DNA of 64,000 nucleotides from Alloascoidea hylecoeti (taxonomy: Eukaryota): NCBI GenBank assembly GCA_001600815.1, contig BCKZ01000008.1, positions 496,001-560,000 on the forward strand. The letters run 5' to 3'. Shown piece after piece: positions 61,774-64,000 of the stretch. Both the position numbers and the translations under genes were made by a program. Numbering within the stretch: position 1 is the stretch's first letter; each line of letters opens with the position of its first letter. Under the pieces are notes generated by a model, which was given only the letters and a program-made list of their open reading frames with translations, was not told where the DNA came from and searched no databases.

Positions 61774-62834
61774 AATGTTTTAAACTTATGTTTAGGAATC
61801 AAATTATCATATCCGATTAATTGGGTTTGTAATGAAGATTGATGAAAAAAAATAGAGCAAATATCACACTTTATACAGTTTTTTATTGTTAGTTAGTGTA
61901 GGTGAAAATATGATTATATTTGACAATTAATTGTAAACGTGATTTATTAGAACTGTAATACTTGAAGCTCCGGTAAACATGTGGACATCCTAATTATGCA
62001 TACCGTTATAATCACAATCATTTAAATTTTACCATAATATTGTTTACAATGAGCTTAAGCTTAAGACGGAATTTCAGCGATCAACATCAGCAGTAGCTGC
62101 AAGTTGGGACGGACCAATGTTGGCACAAGAAAGAGTAATCATTTTCACACCCTAAAATTGTTCAACTGTATGAATTGAACTTGAAAAAAACATATACATT
62201 ACTATGGAAGTTTATAATGTAGCATTTTATGTTGAATTGTGAGAGATTGTGTGCCTTTACCTATGAAACACCAGAAAAGAACAAGTGTCGTTATAGGAAC
62301 CAATATGATAAATATATTTCAGAATTCAAATGAACATTGGTCTACTTAGGACTATTTAAGTGATATTGAATCAGGCCTTTCCCGAAGCATTACGAAAGGA
62401 CCAAATGGACATTATCAAAACAACCAGAGAAGTATTATATGTACATCAATTCGGGATCTTATACGACCGATCACGAATGTTCCCTGGACTATCAATAGAG
62501 GGTATGAAGCCAAGGATAAAAGCAACGTTATGTATGTTTGAAGTAACAATTCTATGATCTGGAATTACATCTACTCAGAAGCGCGTATATTTCAGACTGA
62601 CTCAATCTTCATTATTTTGGTCAAACATTACTCATAAGTTATTATTAATTTATCTAGTCTGTATAAATTTAATACTCCTTTTTTTCTCTTACTTGTCTTC
62701 TTCCATTCATCTCGCACATTCATTATTCATTCATCTTTTTTGAATTGATTGTGACCTTCGTGCCGAAATATTATTTCAATTTTTCAGTTGACACTTTTTT
62801 TCATCTTTGGATCTCATTGCTTTAATCCCCAACA

Positions 62835-64000
62835 ATGTCTTTTCAAAATCCATTCAATACTTATTACTCAACACCTTTATCATCATCATCATCGATTGGA
62901 CACAATGGATATGAAGTATCCCTTTCTTTTGTTTCCGGTATTCCGGACATCAATATTATCTCGGATTCACAACTAAGGGTATTATTCAGCAGGATGCTTA
63001 AGCGTGATATGACCACAAAAGAAAAGGCCTTAAAAGAATTAAAATCATTTCTTGATACAACTTCTGAATCGGAATCTAACCAGCGTTTTGATTCTTTGGT
63101 TTTAATACCCTGGATACAACTATACCCCAAGCTATCCCTAGAAGTGTCTAGAAATGTCCGTGTATTATCCCACGAAATTCAGGGCTTACTGTGTAAGATC
63201 AAAGGGAAAAAATTTAAAAGTTACTTAAAGGATTCGATCGGTTCTTGGATTGCTGGAACATACGATACCGACAATATTGTTTCAAAAGCTGCTTCTAACA
63301 GTTTGGATCAATGCTTCTCAACACCTCAAAAAAAGGACGGATTATTAATAGTGTTTCATACAGTATTATTACTATTTGTTGAAAATGCCATCTCTAATGA
63401 AACACAAACAACTTTGAGCGATGAAAGATATATCGGCAAACCTGAATCTGAAGCAAAACTTAATAGGTTGATGACTTCGGCCGTCTCTATATTTTCAAAA
63501 CTAGTAAAAGTACATTTGATAAAGGGCTCTAAGATAAATAGTGAACAGCATGAGCTTTATGCTAACATCATTCAATCCTCCAAGATTTGGGACTTTTTAG
63601 CTTCTTCTGATTCAAATCTTTCAAAAGCAACACTTGAACTTCTTAACTCATTATTAAATATACATGATTCAAACTTTTCTTTTATTGATCAAGTATTGGA
63701 GAAAATAGCAGCTATACTTTTACAAAAACGGTTAAAACTTTCCACATCAATCAAGATGGCTCCTATTGTTATCCCTACCTTAAAGTCTCTCTATGCTCTC
63801 GAGAAACGGTTACCTACCATATGGTCAATAACTTTACCTGGGAAGAAGAAGAACTCACCTGTTAAATGTTTTCTAGATTTTGTATCAATAGGTAGTTGCT
63901 ATGCGCGGTCAGATTACTGGATAAATTTGGATAGAGTACTGAATACGCTACCAAATGAAGATTTCGATAAATACTTGGATTCTCTGTGGAAAGGTGTAAC
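62835..64000 (+). CDS. RKR1: Ribosome quality-control E3 ligase Ltn1/listerin, 5' part (runs off window)
   Basis: Frame from ATG 62835: GHNGYEVSLSF...LKRDMTTKEKALKEL...WIQLYPKLSLEVSRNVR...LSDERY. Confidence 0.9.
   Translation, partial: MSFQNPFNTYYSTPLSSSSSIGHNGYEVSLSFVSGIPDINIISDSQLRVLFSRMLKRDMTTKEKALKELKSFLDTTSESESNQRFDSLVLIPWIQLYPKLSLEVSRNVRVLSHEIQGLLCKIKGKKFKSYLKDSIGSWIAGTYDTDNIVSKAASNSLDQCFSTPQKKDGLLIVFHTVLLLFVENAISNETQTTLSDERYIGKPESEAKLNRLMTSAVSIFSKLVKVHLIKGSKINSEQHELYANIIQSSKIWDFLASSDSNLSKATLELLNSLLNIHDSNFSFIDQVLEKIAAILLQKRLKLSTSIKMAPIVIPTLKSLYALEKRLPTIWSITLPGKKKNSPVKCFLDFVSIGSCYARSDYWINLDRVLNTLPNEDFDKYLDSLWKGV

Noticed and set aside
62200..62560. Possible Tc1 relic (ESGLSRSITK, IEGMKPRIKATL)
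   Set aside because: Only two short degenerate motifs
1..64000. CRISPR arrays, prokaryotic operons, alternative CUG decoding
   Set aside because: Eukaryotic DNA with no repeat-spacer arrays seen; too few informative CTG codons examined to infer the genetic code

Overview
AT-rich fungal genomic DNA, most consistent with an early-diverging budding yeast (short introns with relaxed branch sites, a dispersed 5S copy, yeast-type orthologues). The left ~35 kb is gene-sparse and full of transposon relics (Tc1, pogo/Fot1, MITEs, two LINE fragments). It holds a Myb-like regulator, three secreted A1 aspartic protease paralogs (one with both catalytic Asp changed to Glu), an AreA/Gat1 GATA factor, tRNA-Cys and an F-box gene. 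The right ~29 kb is gene-dense: a Ubc6-like E2, a membrane protein, RPS29, CCW14, GLK1, RGD2, an EMP47-like lectin, COX8, HSP12, two xylose reductases flanking a Sic1-like gene, and the start of RKR1/LTN1. Top observations: (1) a spliced RPS29/uS14 gene, absent from the ORF track, lacking 3 of 4 zinc-ligand cysteines; (2) an unexplained ~300-nt closed multi-hairpin RNA-like element; (3) an L1-type fragment abutting the 5' side of tRNA-Cys; (4) a pseudo-protease paired divergently with an active paralog; (5) a xylose reductase paralog with a remodelled NADPH-phosphate site. All family calls are from motif recognition by eye; no searches were run.
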